Shown here: piece after piece, positions 9,813-20,017 of the stretch
Layout of the letters: each line of letters opens with the position of its first letter
How positions within the stretch are numbered: position 1 is the first letter of the stretch
DNA from: a virus
Taxonomy: Duplodnaviria; Caudoviricetes
IMG/VR virus record: IMGVR_UViG_3300037847_002157
Location: 1 to 37,267 of that record
Strand: one strand, 5' to 3'
Length of the DNA: 37,267 bases
Program-made: the position numbers and the translations under genes
The notes under the pieces: model-generated
What the model was told of the DNA's origin: nothing
Databases searched by the model: none
What the model saw: only the letters and a program-made list of their open reading frames with translations

Positions 9813-12242
9813 TTACGTACTAGAGGTTTCTCTATAATTAGCTACATTATTTTGTGCATCTGTTATTTCTGACTCAACAACAAATGCTTTCATAGGTTTT
9901 GATAATATAGGGGCTATTGATCCTACTAATTGTGATTCTGGAGAGGCTCCTACAACGTTAAAATCCGGGGCTTCAACAGTCACATCTCTACCTCCAGATG
10001 ATGGTCCTGATACTCCTTTAAGATTCTTGCTATCGTACTTTGTAGCGAGTATAGCAGCTATTTGAGCAGCACCATTGGCTAAAGTTAAAGCTTGTGCTAT
10101 TTGAGCCCTAATAGGGGATGTAGGATCTCCTACAATTAATTGTGACCCATATGCTAATATACCTGCCTGATAAGTATCCATAATGACCCTACTTATTTTA
10201 AGTCCTTGCTCTATCTTCCAGGCTTTTTTATTAGCTTCTTCTACTTGAGCATCATATTTCTTTTTAGCTTCAATCTCGTCTTCACCGGCAGCTATTCTAG
10301 CTTCTAATTCAGCTCTAGCATTATTTATTTCAATATTCTTTCTAGTGTTAGAGATACCGGTAATAACACCTGTTGCTTGTTTATATATTTCTTTTATTTC
10401 ATTAAATCTCCTTATCTCTCTATCTCTTTGAGCATCTGCTAATTTACCTTGCAATTCAGCTAAAGCAATCTCCGCATTCATTCTTTCTACAGTACCTTCT
10501 TTAAATATATTAACTAGGTCTGTTTGTAATTTTACCTGGGACTGTAAATATCTAAGGTTAGCTTCTTCCGATTTACTTTGAAATATTTCCGGTAATCTAG
10601 ACTGCTTATCGAAAGATTCAGCTTGTATAGATTCAAGTTTATAAGCTAATTCTAAAGCCTCTTGAGCTAATTCTTTATTTAAGATTACTCTTCTATCCTT
10701 GTAGTTTTCTTCTATAGCTTTTAATACTTCATCTAATTCTCTTTCACCATCTTCTATAGAGCTATTTAATTCTTGCTTTGACTTTAGTATAGCTTCATCA
10801 AAATTCTTTCTAGCATTTAAATCTTCTTGTAATTCTTGTTTAGTTTTTTCACTATCCTTTTTTCTATTTAAGAAGTCTTTTAATCTTCTTTCTTGTGCTT
10901 CTTCAAACTCCTGTTGTCTGAATTTTTGAGTATCAACAAATGTCTTAAATCTTACTCTATACGTATTCTTTTGATTTAGTTCTTCTTGTACTAATTTAGC
11001 TTGTTCTGTTTCTAAAAATCTAGCTAAAGAATCTTGTTCTATTTTTTCTATATCTTTATCTAAAACAAATCTAGCTTCTCTAAATTCACCAAATCTTGCA
11101 ACAGCAGCTTGTGCTGCTCTGCCTCCATCAGTATCATCAGGTTCAGCAGTAAGTTGTTTTTCTATTTCAATAATTCTTTTTACAGCAGTATCGAATTGAT
11201 TTACTGTATCTTCTGATTGAGCCCTAAATAATTCTGCGTAATCTACATCTTCATCTAGACCTGCTAACCTAGCTAAATATCCCTTTCCTCCGGCAGCTTC
11301 ATAAGCTTCAGTACTCTCAAAGAATATTTTTTCCATAAAGGAAGCATTTTCTTCAAAGATTCTTTTCCTTTCCTCAAAAGTCTTTGCATCATCTAATTGA
11401 GCTTGTATACCTCTTATTTTTTCTCTTTCTGCAAATAATTCTTGATTAGCTTCTAATATAGCATCTAACTCACCTCTTAATCTTTGTTGTCTTATATATT
11501 CCTCTACTTGTTTGGTTAAATCTTCTAATGATGTTTTTTGCTTATCATAACTATCTACAATTCCTGGAGAAGCAGCCTCTAATTCTTTTAAGGCATTTAA
11601 CCTTACTTCTTCTGATATATTAGTGTCTTTTAGAACCTCTATATACCCTAACATCTCTCTTCTTTGACTCTGGACAGTTTCTTCTAAATCTTCAAGAGAA
11701 TCCTTAAAATCATCTGCTGCTTTTTGACTCCCTTTAAAAAAGTTAATTATATCATTACCATAAGTAATTAATAATTGTATACTTATTAAAAATATAGATT
11801 GAGCAGTAAATAAAGCTGCTATTGCTGACCTTAACCCACCGGCAGCATTTGCTGATGCAGAAAATAAACTAACTAATTGCCCTAAGTTGTTTGCGATAGC
11901 TGTAAACCCATAACTAGCATCAGAGGCTAAACGAGCAGATTCAGCAATTATAGCATTATTCAAACCGGAGTTAGTTCTCATAGCTTTAGCTGCCATTGCT
12001 GATTGTGTACTTGCACTAGCTAAACCAAGAGAAGATCTTGCAGCAGCATCATTAACCTCTTTCTGTATCTTTATTTGTTGATTTACTTTAGCAAGGTCAA
12101 TAGCTTCTTGCTTTTGTAAATTACTTAGTATTTTAGTTGCTCTAGCTAATTTATTTGTTGATTTAGTAGTTTTATCTAATTCAGACCCTGCTTTTGCCCC
12201 TTTTACTTGTATCGATATAATTATTTCTTTAGCGTCTGCCAT
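9813..12242 (-). CDS. Tape measure protein
   Basis: 809 aa, helical/coiled-coil, hydrophobic Ala-rich segment, C-terminal FNVVG..PMKAFVVESEITDAQ. Confidence 0.8.
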   Translation of the reverse strand: MADAKEIIISIQVKGAKAGSELDKTTKSTNKLARATKILSNLQKQEAIDLAKVNQQIKIQKEVNDAAARSSLGLASASTQSAMAAKAMRTNSGLNNAIIAESARLASDASYGFTAIANNLGQLVSLFSASANAAGGLRSAIAALFTAQSIFLISIQLLITYGNDIINFFKGSQKAADDFKDSLEDLEETVQSQRREMLGYIEVLKDTNISEEVRLNALKELEAASPGIVDSYDKQKTSLEDLTKQVEEYIRQQRLRGELDAILEANQELFAEREKIRGIQAQLDDAKTFEERKRIFEENASFMEKIFFESTEAYEAAGGKGYLARLAGLDEDVDYAELFRAQSEDTVNQFDTAVKRIIEIEKQLTAEPDDTDGGRAAQAAVARFGEFREARFVLDKDIEKIEQDSLARFLETEQAKLVQEELNQKNTYRVRFKTFVDTQKFRQQEFEEAQERRLKDFLNRKKDSEKTKQELQEDLNARKNFDEAILKSKQELNSSIEDGERELDEVLKAIEENYKDRRVILNKELAQEALELAYKLESIQAESFDKQSRLPEIFQSKSEEANLRYLQSQVKLQTDLVNIFKEGTVERMNAEIALAELQGKLADAQRDREIRRFNEIKEIYKQATGVITGISNTRKNIEINNARAELEARIAAGEDEIEAKKKYDAQVEEANKKAWKIEQGLKISRVIMDTYQAGILAYGSQLIVGDPTSPIRAQIAQALTLANGAAQIAAILATKYDSKNLKGVSGPSSGGRDVTVEAPDFNVVGASPESQLVGSIAPILSKPMKAFVVESEITDAQNNVANYRETSST

Positions 12243-12378
12243 AGTACACTCTTTTTAATTGTTTCTTAACATCTTTTATATTCCCACAAGCTTTATACTT
12301 ACCTTTAGCTATGTCAACATTTTCTGACACCCCATACCAATCAGATATATTTAATAATTCTAATATTTGCTTTATCAT
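12229..12378 (-). CDS. Small hypothetical tail-region protein (49 aa)
   Basis: Hand-translated MIKQILELLNISDWYGVSENVDIAKGKYK...; overlaps both neighbours. Confidence 0.6.
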   Translation of the reverse strand: MIKQILELLNISDWYGVSENVDIAKGKYKACGNIKDVKKQLKRVYYGRR

Positions 12379-14666
12379 ACTATTTCGTTATATGCTAGGT
12401 TTATTAACTCTAAATTACTTTCTCCTGTAACAAGATTTATTGTCATTGAATTAATTCTAAATATATTATCTTGTATTTTAAATTGATCATTTAATCTAAA
12501 ATTGACTATTATATTAGCAGGTAAATAACCTCTAAACTTGAATAATCTTTTTGTTGGATCAAATACTGATTCTACATAATTCTTATAAAATACCTCGTAT
12601 AAAGAATTAGTATTGTCTCCATAATTAGTTGTTTGCCATTCATCAAATTCTAAATCAAAATTCAATGTGAATGAGGGTGCCGTTGCTGAAGTGCCTTCAT
12701 CTTGTGCGTTTGATGGTCTCCAATAGTTATCGATACCTGTTGGTGATGAAGTAGAAATATAATTTATCTTTCTAGTAGAAGATAATCCTGTTTCTCTAAT
12801 CCCATAAAATAATAATGGTTTTATTAGCGTTTTATCATAATCACCTTTAGCAGGTACTATAGGAGGACCGGCATCATAATCAGTAGCTGTAAAATCACCG
12901 GAAGCACAATAACCCCATTGTATATCTGTTAAACTACTTGTTTCTGTTGACGAAGTATTTAAATCTCTTAATCTCTCATATTTCATATGGGAGAAAGGCA
13001 CTTTGATTTCATATTTACTGCCTCTATCTATATTAGGGTATTTTCTTCTGATATTAAACTCTGCATCACCAAAAACTTCATCAAATTGTTCTGTATGGTG
13101 TTCCATAAGAACAGTACTGTTTTCTGTATATTTAAAATCAATATCTGTAAATGGTAATAAAGAATTTACTTTATGATTTGTATTATCTATATATTTAGCT
13201 ATATCCGTAGTACCTCCACTATGGTTATATATCGCATCACTATAGAAATTATCTAAAGTATCCACATATATTTTACCATAATTAGTGTCGGCCACTTCAT
13301 CAATATAATATGCTGTTAAGTTGAATAGCTTAAATAAACCGGTTAAAAAATCTATTACTTTCATCTCCGGCATTCTATTAGGGACAACAATTTGCACTTC
13401 TGTATCTTGACTAGAAGTAGTATATGTTTTTTCTGTTGATATAGCTCCTTGTTGTGATGTTATAGCAAAAGATGTAGAGCTAATAGTTAATTGTTCTTTA
13501 GATTCTATAATTATTTCGTATTCTTTATCTGGGATGTTTGTTAATCCAGGGACTACAGATCCAAATACGATAGGAAGTAAATATATTCCATTAAGTAATC
13601 TAGAAGCAGTAAATTCTATATTATCTGTTAAGTTTATTAATTTGACTTGATAATCTTTATCAGAATCTGCTGAATCTAATGTTACAGTTAAAGTCATAAG
13701 GAAACCATAATCATTAACATTTAATATTATTTTACTCCCATCAAAATCAACAACGCTAGTGGGGTGGGGATCAGATGATGTATATCCTGTAAGTTTACTA
13801 CTATATATAAACCCTTCATCATCATCAACATCAGTTATCTCTCCTTTTTTATTATTCATCCATAAATAAAGATTACTAAATGGAGTAGAATTAAAAAATG
13901 TATTTCTTGTGGATCCAGATGTAGTTGGTACTGTTCTGGTAAATTCTATACCATATGTTGATTCAATAGCTTCTATAAGATGAATAGCTTTTATAGCCGG
14001 TTTTAAATCAGTAAACTCTAATCCTCTTATTGTATCCGGTGTAGATGTGTCGTGGTAAATATTACCATCAAAGTTTTCGTCATTTGATAATGTAGCTGAA
14101 GAATTAAAGAATAATCTTTTTTTTGATGTTATAAGAGGATATATTATTGCATCTGTTTGTGATACTGAATTTACTGTGAAATCAAGTCCATCTTTAAGTC
14201 CATTCCTTACATTAGTCTCACTATATTCGTGGTTATAATTTTCTAGATAACTAAATAAAAAAGTGCCATCTGAATTTTTATCTGAGAATTTATCATCACC
14301 TAATAATTCTTTTAGAGATACTGTATGGCCATAAAAAACTATTCTATAATTAAATGGTTTATTATTTCTCATATCAACTCCCTGTAGAAATATTTTACCT
14401 ATACGAAATGGTAGGTGATTTATTTCTATAGCAGCAGTTTTCTTTTGTCTAGCATCAAAAGCTCCTGTAGTTATATTATAATTATAATAATGTTTAAATA
14501 TTTTATTATTTGAAGGTGATGCCGGGACATTAAATGCTTTTGAATAATCGGTAAATATTTTTCCTATATCACGAGCATCTTGTATTGATGAAGTAAGTTC
14601 TATAGTTTCATCTTGGAACAAGTCTACTCTCTGGTTCTCTATATATAGCTGTACTTTGTTTTGCAT
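12375..14666 (-). CDS. Tail tip / baseplate hub-like protein
   Basis: 763 aa; LYIENQRVDLFQDETIEL..IFTDYSKAFNVPAS N-terminus and FRINSMTINLVTGESNLEL C-terminus; next to tape measure gene. Confidence 0.65.
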   Translation of the reverse strand: MQNKVQLYIENQRVDLFQDETIELTSSIQDARDIGKIFTDYSKAFNVPASPSNNKIFKHYYNYNITTGAFDARQKKTAAIEINHLPFRIGKIFLQGVDMRNNKPFNYRIVFYGHTVSLKELLGDDKFSDKNSDGTFLFSYLENYNHEYSETNVRNGLKDGLDFTVNSVSQTDAIIYPLITSKKRLFFNSSATLSNDENFDGNIYHDTSTPDTIRGLEFTDLKPAIKAIHLIEAIESTYGIEFTRTVPTTSGSTRNTFFNSTPFSNLYLWMNNKKGEITDVDDDEGFIYSSKLTGYTSSDPHPTSVVDFDGSKIILNVNDYGFLMTLTVTLDSADSDKDYQVKLINLTDNIEFTASRLLNGIYLLPIVFGSVVPGLTNIPDKEYEIIIESKEQLTISSTSFAITSQQGAISTEKTYTTSSQDTEVQIVVPNRMPEMKVIDFLTGLFKLFNLTAYYIDEVADTNYGKIYVDTLDNFYSDAIYNHSGGTTDIAKYIDNTNHKVNSLLPFTDIDFKYTENSTVLMEHHTEQFDEVFGDAEFNIRRKYPNIDRGSKYEIKVPFSHMKYERLRDLNTSSTETSSLTDIQWGYCASGDFTATDYDAGPPIVPAKGDYDKTLIKPLLFYGIRETGLSSTRKINYISTSSPTGIDNYWRPSNAQDEGTSATAPSFTLNFDLEFDEWQTTNYGDNTNSLYEVFYKNYVESVFDPTKRLFKFRGYLPANIIVNFRLNDQFKIQDNIFRINSMTINLVTGESNLELINLAYNEIV

Positions 14667-15835
14667 TACCTAACATTTTGTATATAGCTATTAGCATAGT
14701 CAAATTCTACCTCAAAATTTAATAACTTATCGTTTAATTCTGTTTTACTTGTAAAAGAAGAAGTTATAGGTGTTATAGGTATAGGTTCTTCTGAATCTAA
14801 TCCTTTTTCGTGGATCCAAGCATATTCTGTTACCATAAGTTGTTTTATTACTTCATTATGGTCTTCACTAACAAAACCTGTATTCATTCTAAAGGTCTCC
14901 TGTGTTGTTATATCTAATAAAGATTTACTATGGGCAAATCTATTAAAATCAACTCCTGTAGATGAAGTAGTAAGTAAAGTTCTGTAATAATTTTCTTTTT
15001 CTGTAGAGAATTGATCTGTACGTTTTTTAAAGAACCATAAATCTTGTAATGCTCCAAATTTATTTATAAAAGTTATTTTATATGGGGTGAATTTACATTC
15101 TTCTATTTCTCTAACTTCAATCTCAACATCAGTACCACCTGGAGTTGTATATGTTACTTTTGTAGTATCTCCTGATCCTGTTGTAGATTTAGATGTATCG
15201 CTAGAATCGTCAGTTCTTAAAAATGTCATATCAGCAGTATAAACCTGTAAAGCACCGGTAAAATTATCTGCTTTTATATCATCTCTATCTACCCTTACAT
15301 TCGCTACAGCACCTCCAAATATTTTACTTGATAATTCTGTAGCTCCATCAAAAAACTTAACCTCATTAACTCCATCTGTTGATGTGAAAAAGGGGATATG
15401 TAGATCTTCTCCTTTTTTATGGTAAATTATTTTATTGCTAATTAGCACATCTTTAGATAAAGTGGGATTTATATTTTCCCCATAATAAGGAGCATTTAGA
15501 TAAGTATTTATATCTTCCATTTGCCCATATCCTCTAAAAGCAATAAATTTTCTAGCTATAGGTGTTGCGTCTTCAGTTGTTCTTTCTACTCCATTTACAG
15601 TATAAGAAAATGTTCTAGTTAAGTCTGTTTCTACAAATCTGTTAAAAGATGCAGTACTATAATTGCCATCAAAATTAACATCAATATAATCTTTTATTAA
15701 TTCTGATATTTCAAAGTTAATTGTATCTTCATTAGATAACTTTGTTTTACTTAACGTGTATTGAGGTGTCTGTGGCCTTGTACCACTCTCACTTATATAG
15801 ATTTCTAGTTTTGCACTTTTTAATGATAAAGCCAT
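14666..15835 (-). CDS. Distal tail-like structural protein
   Basis: 389 aa; FINKFGALQDLWF, MNTGFV motifs; within tail operon. Confidence 0.55.
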   Translation of the reverse strand: MALSLKSAKLEIYISESGTRPQTPQYTLSKTKLSNEDTINFEISELIKDYIDVNFDGNYSTASFNRFVETDLTRTFSYTVNGVERTTEDATPIARKFIAFRGYGQMEDINTYLNAPYYGENINPTLSKDVLISNKIIYHKKGEDLHIPFFTSTDGVNEVKFFDGATELSSKIFGGAVANVRVDRDDIKADNFTGALQVYTADMTFLRTDDSSDTSKSTTGSGDTTKVTYTTPGGTDVEIEVREIEECKFTPYKITFINKFGALQDLWFFKKRTDQFSTEKENYYRTLLTTSSTGVDFNRFAHSKSLLDITTQETFRMNTGFVSEDHNEVIKQLMVTEYAWIHEKGLDSEEPIPITPITSSFTSKTELNDKLLNFEVEFDYANSYIQNVR

Positions 15836-15836
15836 A

Positions 15837-17072
15837 TTAGTCTAATTGTAATGTGTTTACTCTATGTATAGTGTCTACTCCATCTAATATTGAACTAAAA
15901 CATCTACCTTGAGCATAATAAACGTTATACAAGGGTCTTCTTGGATGGTCAAGGCCTTCTTCATTAGTAGGTGTATGTCTATAGTAAAATATAAATTTTT
16001 GACTTCCTTGTGCAGGTGTTATTCCTGATCTGTAGAACTGACCTTTACTAATTGTTGAGTTTCCTAAAACACCCGGATATATTTTAAAATAGTTAGCTTC
16101 GTTTTTAGTAAATAATATATATCTAAAACTACTTGTTCTATCATCGTAAACGATACCTCCTTTATTATAATAAAGATCTGCAATTGCAAAACTCTTTGTA
16201 TTTTGTTTATGGATTATTTCTATCTCAATTACATTAACATCTGTATTGAAGTAAGTAGATTTAGCTAAATGTTGAGTAGGAGTAAGCTGTGTTGTAACCC
16301 CACCAGAAACTGAGCTATTCTCAAATATATGGCCTATAGCATAATTACCTACAGTATTAAAATCAGTAAAAGCATAATAAGTATCTGGGAAAATATATGA
16401 ACCTCCAACATTAACTACTTGAGTTCCGTTTACAGTTAATTTTAAATATGCGTTTCTAGCATTTGCTAAATAAAAAGCAGGTACTACATCTATTAATGTT
16501 CCTTTAGTTACAGTAGGACTAGATGGTAATGTCCCTGGAGAAACGCTAGGTGCTGAAGGACAGTTAAATGTTAACTGATAATCATCTGTGGGTAATGGAG
16601 CTGAAACCAAAACAGATACAGTTTCCGGTGAAGCTGCTGTTTTATTTATTGTTACACTACCTGTTTGTACTCCACTAGCTAAATTCATATTACCTGATGT
16701 TATCCCTGAGTCTAATAATTCTTGTTCAAAATCACTATTCCCTACATAACCTGATGTTGAAAAGTTAGGAACTGTTGTGTTCCAAGTTGCTGTTATACTT
16801 ATAGGTATATTTACTGTATAATTTATTGTAACAGTTCCTGTTGCAGCTCCTACTTTTAAATTATATATTTTACCTCCAATATCTTCACCTACTTTAACTG
16901 TTTCTCCACATAAAACTTCTTGAGTTAATGTATCCGGTTGAACAGTATCAGCAGGTGGTGTTGGATCATCTATAGGATCATCTGCTGTAGCAGGTTCATC
17001 AGGAGCCCCTTCATCTACTACTGTTATGTAGAATGGACTTCTAACATTTATTTTCTGAATATCTTCTGGCAT
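15837..17072 (-). CDS. Tail-associated structural protein (possible adhesin domains)
   Basis: 411 aa; KINVRSPFYI N-terminus, Pro/Asp linker, beta-rich. Confidence 0.55.
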   Translation of the reverse strand: MPEDIQKINVRSPFYITVVDEGAPDEPATADDPIDDPTPPADTVQPDTLTQEVLCGETVKVGEDIGGKIYNLKVGAATGTVTINYTVNIPISITATWNTTVPNFSTSGYVGNSDFEQELLDSGITSGNMNLASGVQTGSVTINKTAASPETVSVLVSAPLPTDDYQLTFNCPSAPSVSPGTLPSSPTVTKGTLIDVVPAFYLANARNAYLKLTVNGTQVVNVGGSYIFPDTYYAFTDFNTVGNYAIGHIFENSSVSGGVTTQLTPTQHLAKSTYFNTDVNVIEIEIIHKQNTKSFAIADLYYNKGGIVYDDRTSSFRYILFTKNEANYFKIYPGVLGNSTISKGQFYRSGITPAQGSQKFIFYYRHTPTNEEGLDHPRRPLYNVYYAQGRCFSSILDGVDTIHRVNTLQLD

Positions 17073-17641
17073 TATTCTACGTTTATATTATAAGTTTCTC
17101 CCTTTTTATAATAACCTGCTTTTTCTAAAATGTCTTGCAGGTTTAGTTTTACATCTTTTACTACCGAATCCGGTAATTTATTTAGTCTGGATAATGATTC
17201 ATTTAGTGCCGATGAAATAAATCCGGTTTTTTGTACATTTTCCCTTCCTATCTTTCTACTTATAGCATATGCTATACCTTTTGCTTTTGTACTCTCTAGA
17301 GATATAATTTTACCTTTAGCATCTTTTAATGATGAGGTTTTTTTCTTTAACCATTTAAGTATTTCACTAACAGGAGGAGCTTTTCTTGGAGATCCATCAT
17401 TATCGTCTAAATATTTACCATAACTGTTAGCTTCTATATTTATACTATATTCATTTTCTTTCTCCTGGGTTAATGGTTCAATTGAATTAGATAATTTACC
17501 AAACGCTTTTATAGGGGAGTTATAAGTGCCAGAAGCGTAAGTTCTAGTTCTATTTTTATCTATTTCTAATTTAACTAATTTAATTAGTTGCTCAGAAAAC
17601 CCATCTACAAACAGTTTTGTATTTTTAAACCTATTAATCAC
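17072..17641 (-). CDS. Putative neck/tail-completion protein
   Basis: Basic; GKLSNSI, YGKYLD, PPVSEILKW, IAYAISRKI..GF motifs. Confidence 0.55.
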   Translation of the reverse strand: MINRFKNTKLFVDGFSEQLIKLVKLEIDKNRTRTYASGTYNSPIKAFGKLSNSIEPLTQEKENEYSINIEANSYGKYLDDNDGSPRKAPPVSEILKWLKKKTSSLKDAKGKIISLESTKAKGIAYAISRKIGRENVQKTGFISSALNESLSRLNKLPDSVVKDVKLNLQDILEKAGYYKKGETYNINVE

Positions 17642-18116
17642 AGTTAGTACCTCCGAATGTTACGTTATCATTTCTTATTTCCATATTCATAGTAAGAGAC
17701 CAACCGGTAAGTAAATTTTCAAACCTATCTTCAAATTGGGTGGCAGTTGCATCATTCGCTAATTCGTAGCCTTCGTCATTAAGAGAACCTTGTCTAACTG
17801 ATCCTTGTAATCTATTTACTACAGTTAACATTGTATTTAAAATATCTTGTTTATTATCTCTAGTATATTCAGGATTTGAAGTAGTTTGTTTATTCTCCTT
17901 AAAATCATCAACAACATCCATTGCAATAACATTTACAGAAAAACTAATAAATCCATCACCAAATACAACATCTGATGTAGTTATATGGGCTAATGGGAAT
18001 ATAGACTGCTTAGATAAGTCAATATCAAATATATCACCGGATGTAACAGTATTTATAGATTTATCAGCTATAAGTACATCATATATTTTATCTATAAGGT
18101 TATAATATTCTTTCAT
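17634..18116 (-). CDS. Putative tail terminator protein
   Basis: 160 aa acidic; IFPLAHI, FEDRFENLLTGW; position in tail operon. Confidence 0.55.
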   Translation of the reverse strand: MKEYYNLIDKIYDVLIADKSINTVTSGDIFDIDLSKQSIFPLAHITTSDVVFGDGFISFSVNVIAMDVVDDFKENKQTTSNPEYTRDNKQDILNTMLTVVNRLQGSVRQGSLNDEGYELANDATATQFEDRFENLLTGWSLTMNMEIRNDNVTFGGTNCD

Positions 18117-18876
18117 CGCTTCATTGCTTTCTTAATCATTCTTTGTTCTAATTCGTTTTTCTCTTTTTCAAATACTAAATACATTAAACACTTAAAAAGG
18201 GGTTCTTCTGTAACTTGGTCAAACTTTGTGATGTCGCCTTTAGCGAGTCCATAAATTGATTGATACCAACCCCACTTTCTACCAAAGCCTCCTTGAGCCG
18301 AGAGGTCTTGGCCCTCTTCGCTTCCATCTCCAAAGAGTTGAGGGAAGCTTTCGATAACTCGATCCCTAAATTGTAAAAAAAAACCACAGCTCCCATTACA
18401 ATGTTAAGTGGCATATCTTTCATTAGCTCCTTGACTTGATCACTAGGACTATAGGGAGCTATAGTATATTTATCTTTTTGTGTAAAGTTTACAGGTCTAT
18501 ATAAAACCGCCATAGCTTTATGCATATCTTGCCAATCAGATATTCCTGATTCTACATCTACATATTCTCCTAAACTCATATCATCTAGTTTAGGTATAAA
18601 CCCCATATCTACGTCTAATAATTTAAATCTCCTGGTTAATCCCCAATCTTTACTAAATGCATTAGATATTATTTTAAGTACCTTATCAAACTCAACAACC
18701 GGAATTGATTCCACATCATTAAGATTAACATTACAAAATATTTCTACTATTTTTTTATTTAAGAAATCATTGTATTCATCCCCTTTATTTTTATCGGCAA
18801 TCTTTAAATATTTCTGGTATTGCCTAAGTGTAATTGATTCTAAAGATGCGGGTACTTTTAACTCTAAATTCCTCAT
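18113..18876 (-). CDS. Tail assembly chaperone, -1 frameshift product
   Basis: After GTT TTT TTT the -1 frame reads LQFRDRVIESFPQLFG...KWGWYQSIYGLAKGDI...KAMKR* and its stop overlaps the next ATG (ATGA). Confidence 0.7.
18184..18876 (-). CDS. Tail assembly chaperone (0-frame product)
   Basis: ITLRQYQKY, MSLGEYVD, MAVLYRP motifs; contains a T9 slippery run at 18375..18383. Confidence 0.65.
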   Translation of the reverse strand: MRNLELKVPASLESITLRQYQKYLKIADKNKGDEYNDFLNKKIVEIFCNVNLNDVESIPVVEFDKVLKIISNAFSKDWGLTRRFKLLDVDMGFIPKLDDMSLGEYVDVESGISDWQDMHKAMAVLYRPVNFTQKDKYTIAPYSPSDQVKELMKDMPLNIVMGAVVFFYNLGIELSKASLNSLEMEAKRAKTSRLKEALVESGVGINQFMDSLKATSQSLTKLQKNPFLSV

Positions 18877-18918
18877 ATATAAAGTAATTAAATCCTATTT
18901 TTTTGTATTTATCAAAAA

Positions 18919-19045
18919 CTCCAAGTGCCGATTTGTCATACATATATACAGTAATATAGTATATAGTTATATATATTCGGTATATAGTTATATATCTAAT
19001 AAATAAAATAACTATATATATATCTGCCATATAGACAGTTGGAGA
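18919..19045. promoter_or_regulatory. Origin-like element: AT/TA-rich tract between inverted CCAAnTGnCn-ATnTGnCA boxes
   Basis: CCAAGTGCCGATTTGTCA at 18921..18938 and inverted CCAACTGTCTATATGGCA at 19042..19025; repeated GTATATAGTTATATAT inside. Confidence 0.5.
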
Positions 19046-19264
19046 TTATTCTTTATTGTATTTCGTATACATATAGCAATATAACTCCCATATCTTGGTG
19101 TCTACTTCATTCTTTTTATACTTCTTACCGGATCTTGTAATCTTACCATTATTGTTAACCTCGATGCCATAAAGTTTTTCATTATTCTTATTTGGTAAAC
19201 AATAAATAAATATGCCGTTCTCACTACACCATTGGAATGCATCATATTGCATTGTATCAAACAT
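19046..19264 (-). CDS. Hypothetical protein
   Basis: ORF track 19046..19309; probable start MFDTMQYDAFQWC. Confidence 0.6.
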   Translation of the reverse strand: MFDTMQYDAFQWCSENGIFIYCLPNKNNEKLYGIEVNNNGKITRSGKKYKKNEVDTKIWELYCYMYTKYNKE

Positions 19265-19628
19265 ACCTATTAAATTCATATTGTAAATATACATAAAAGG
19301 ATAATACAATAACCTATTAGATTCACATTGGCAGTTGGAAAAACCTATCTGGGGAGAGAGTGGATGAGTTATGAAACCGGTCCTCTTATCCGGCAGAGTT
19401 AACTAAATATCAATTTTAAGGCTATTTAAAGCCGTTTTAAGAGCCTTTTATATATTCTCTAGTGTATAGATATAGGAACAATAAAAAAAGGCCGTTAAAA
19501 CGCTTTATTTTGCGTTTAGTTAATATTATTAACTTATTTATGTTGTTTAGTTGATATTTTAAAGACCGGCCTACCTATTCAAATAAAATTATAAAGATAA
19601 TCAAGTACTTACGTTAATATATACAAAT

Positions 19629-19653
19629 AAAAAAGCCCTAAAAAAGGGCCTTT
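19629..19653 (-). terminator. Intrinsic terminator ending the early module
   Basis: Minus strand AAGGCCCT-TTTT-AGGGCTTT plus U tract. Confidence 0.75.
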
Positions 19654-19681
19654 ATTTTAATTTATTTTTATTTTAATTTAA

Positions 19682-19825
19682 TTACCTGTATAAATTTATT
19701 TTACCATAATTAGATGTTAAATAATTTAATTGTTCATTTTCTCGCTCCTGTTGTAACAGCTTTTTAAAACGTCTTTTTTCTTTTATCTTTTTTATATTAT
19801 GATCAAATTTAATTTTATTACTCAT
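19682..19825 (-). CDS. Small basic hypothetical protein (47 aa)
   Basis: Hand-translated MSNKIKFDHNIKKIKEKRRFKK... Confidence 0.5.
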   Translation of the reverse strand: MSNKIKFDHNIKKIKEKRRFKKLLQQERENEQLNYLTSNYGKINLYR

Positions 19826-19826
19826 A

Positions 19827-20006
19827 TTATGAAATTATTTTGTTTTTAAATAATGTTTCTAAAATTTCTATTTGTTCATTTTCTTCTAAACTAGAAAAAC
19901 CTACACCATCGTAATAGCCTGAATTTTTAGAATAGTTAAAAGACTCAATTTCTAATTCTTCTAATAAATCAATGGCTTTTTGTTTATAATCTATTTTGTT
20001 ACTCAT
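19827..20006 (-). CDS. Small acidic hypothetical protein (59 aa)
   Basis: Hand-translated MSNKIDYKQKAIDLLEELEIESF... Confidence 0.55.
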   Translation of the reverse strand: MSNKIDYKQKAIDLLEELEIESFNYSKNSGYYDGVGFSSLEENEQIEILETLFKNKIIS

Positions 20007-20017
20007 CTTATTAATAT

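Noticed and set aside
18824-19030. ORFs 18824..19030 (-), 18770..19006 (+) and 21195..21386 (-)
   Set aside because: They translate TA-rich or repeat/terminator DNA, giving I/Y-biased sequence.
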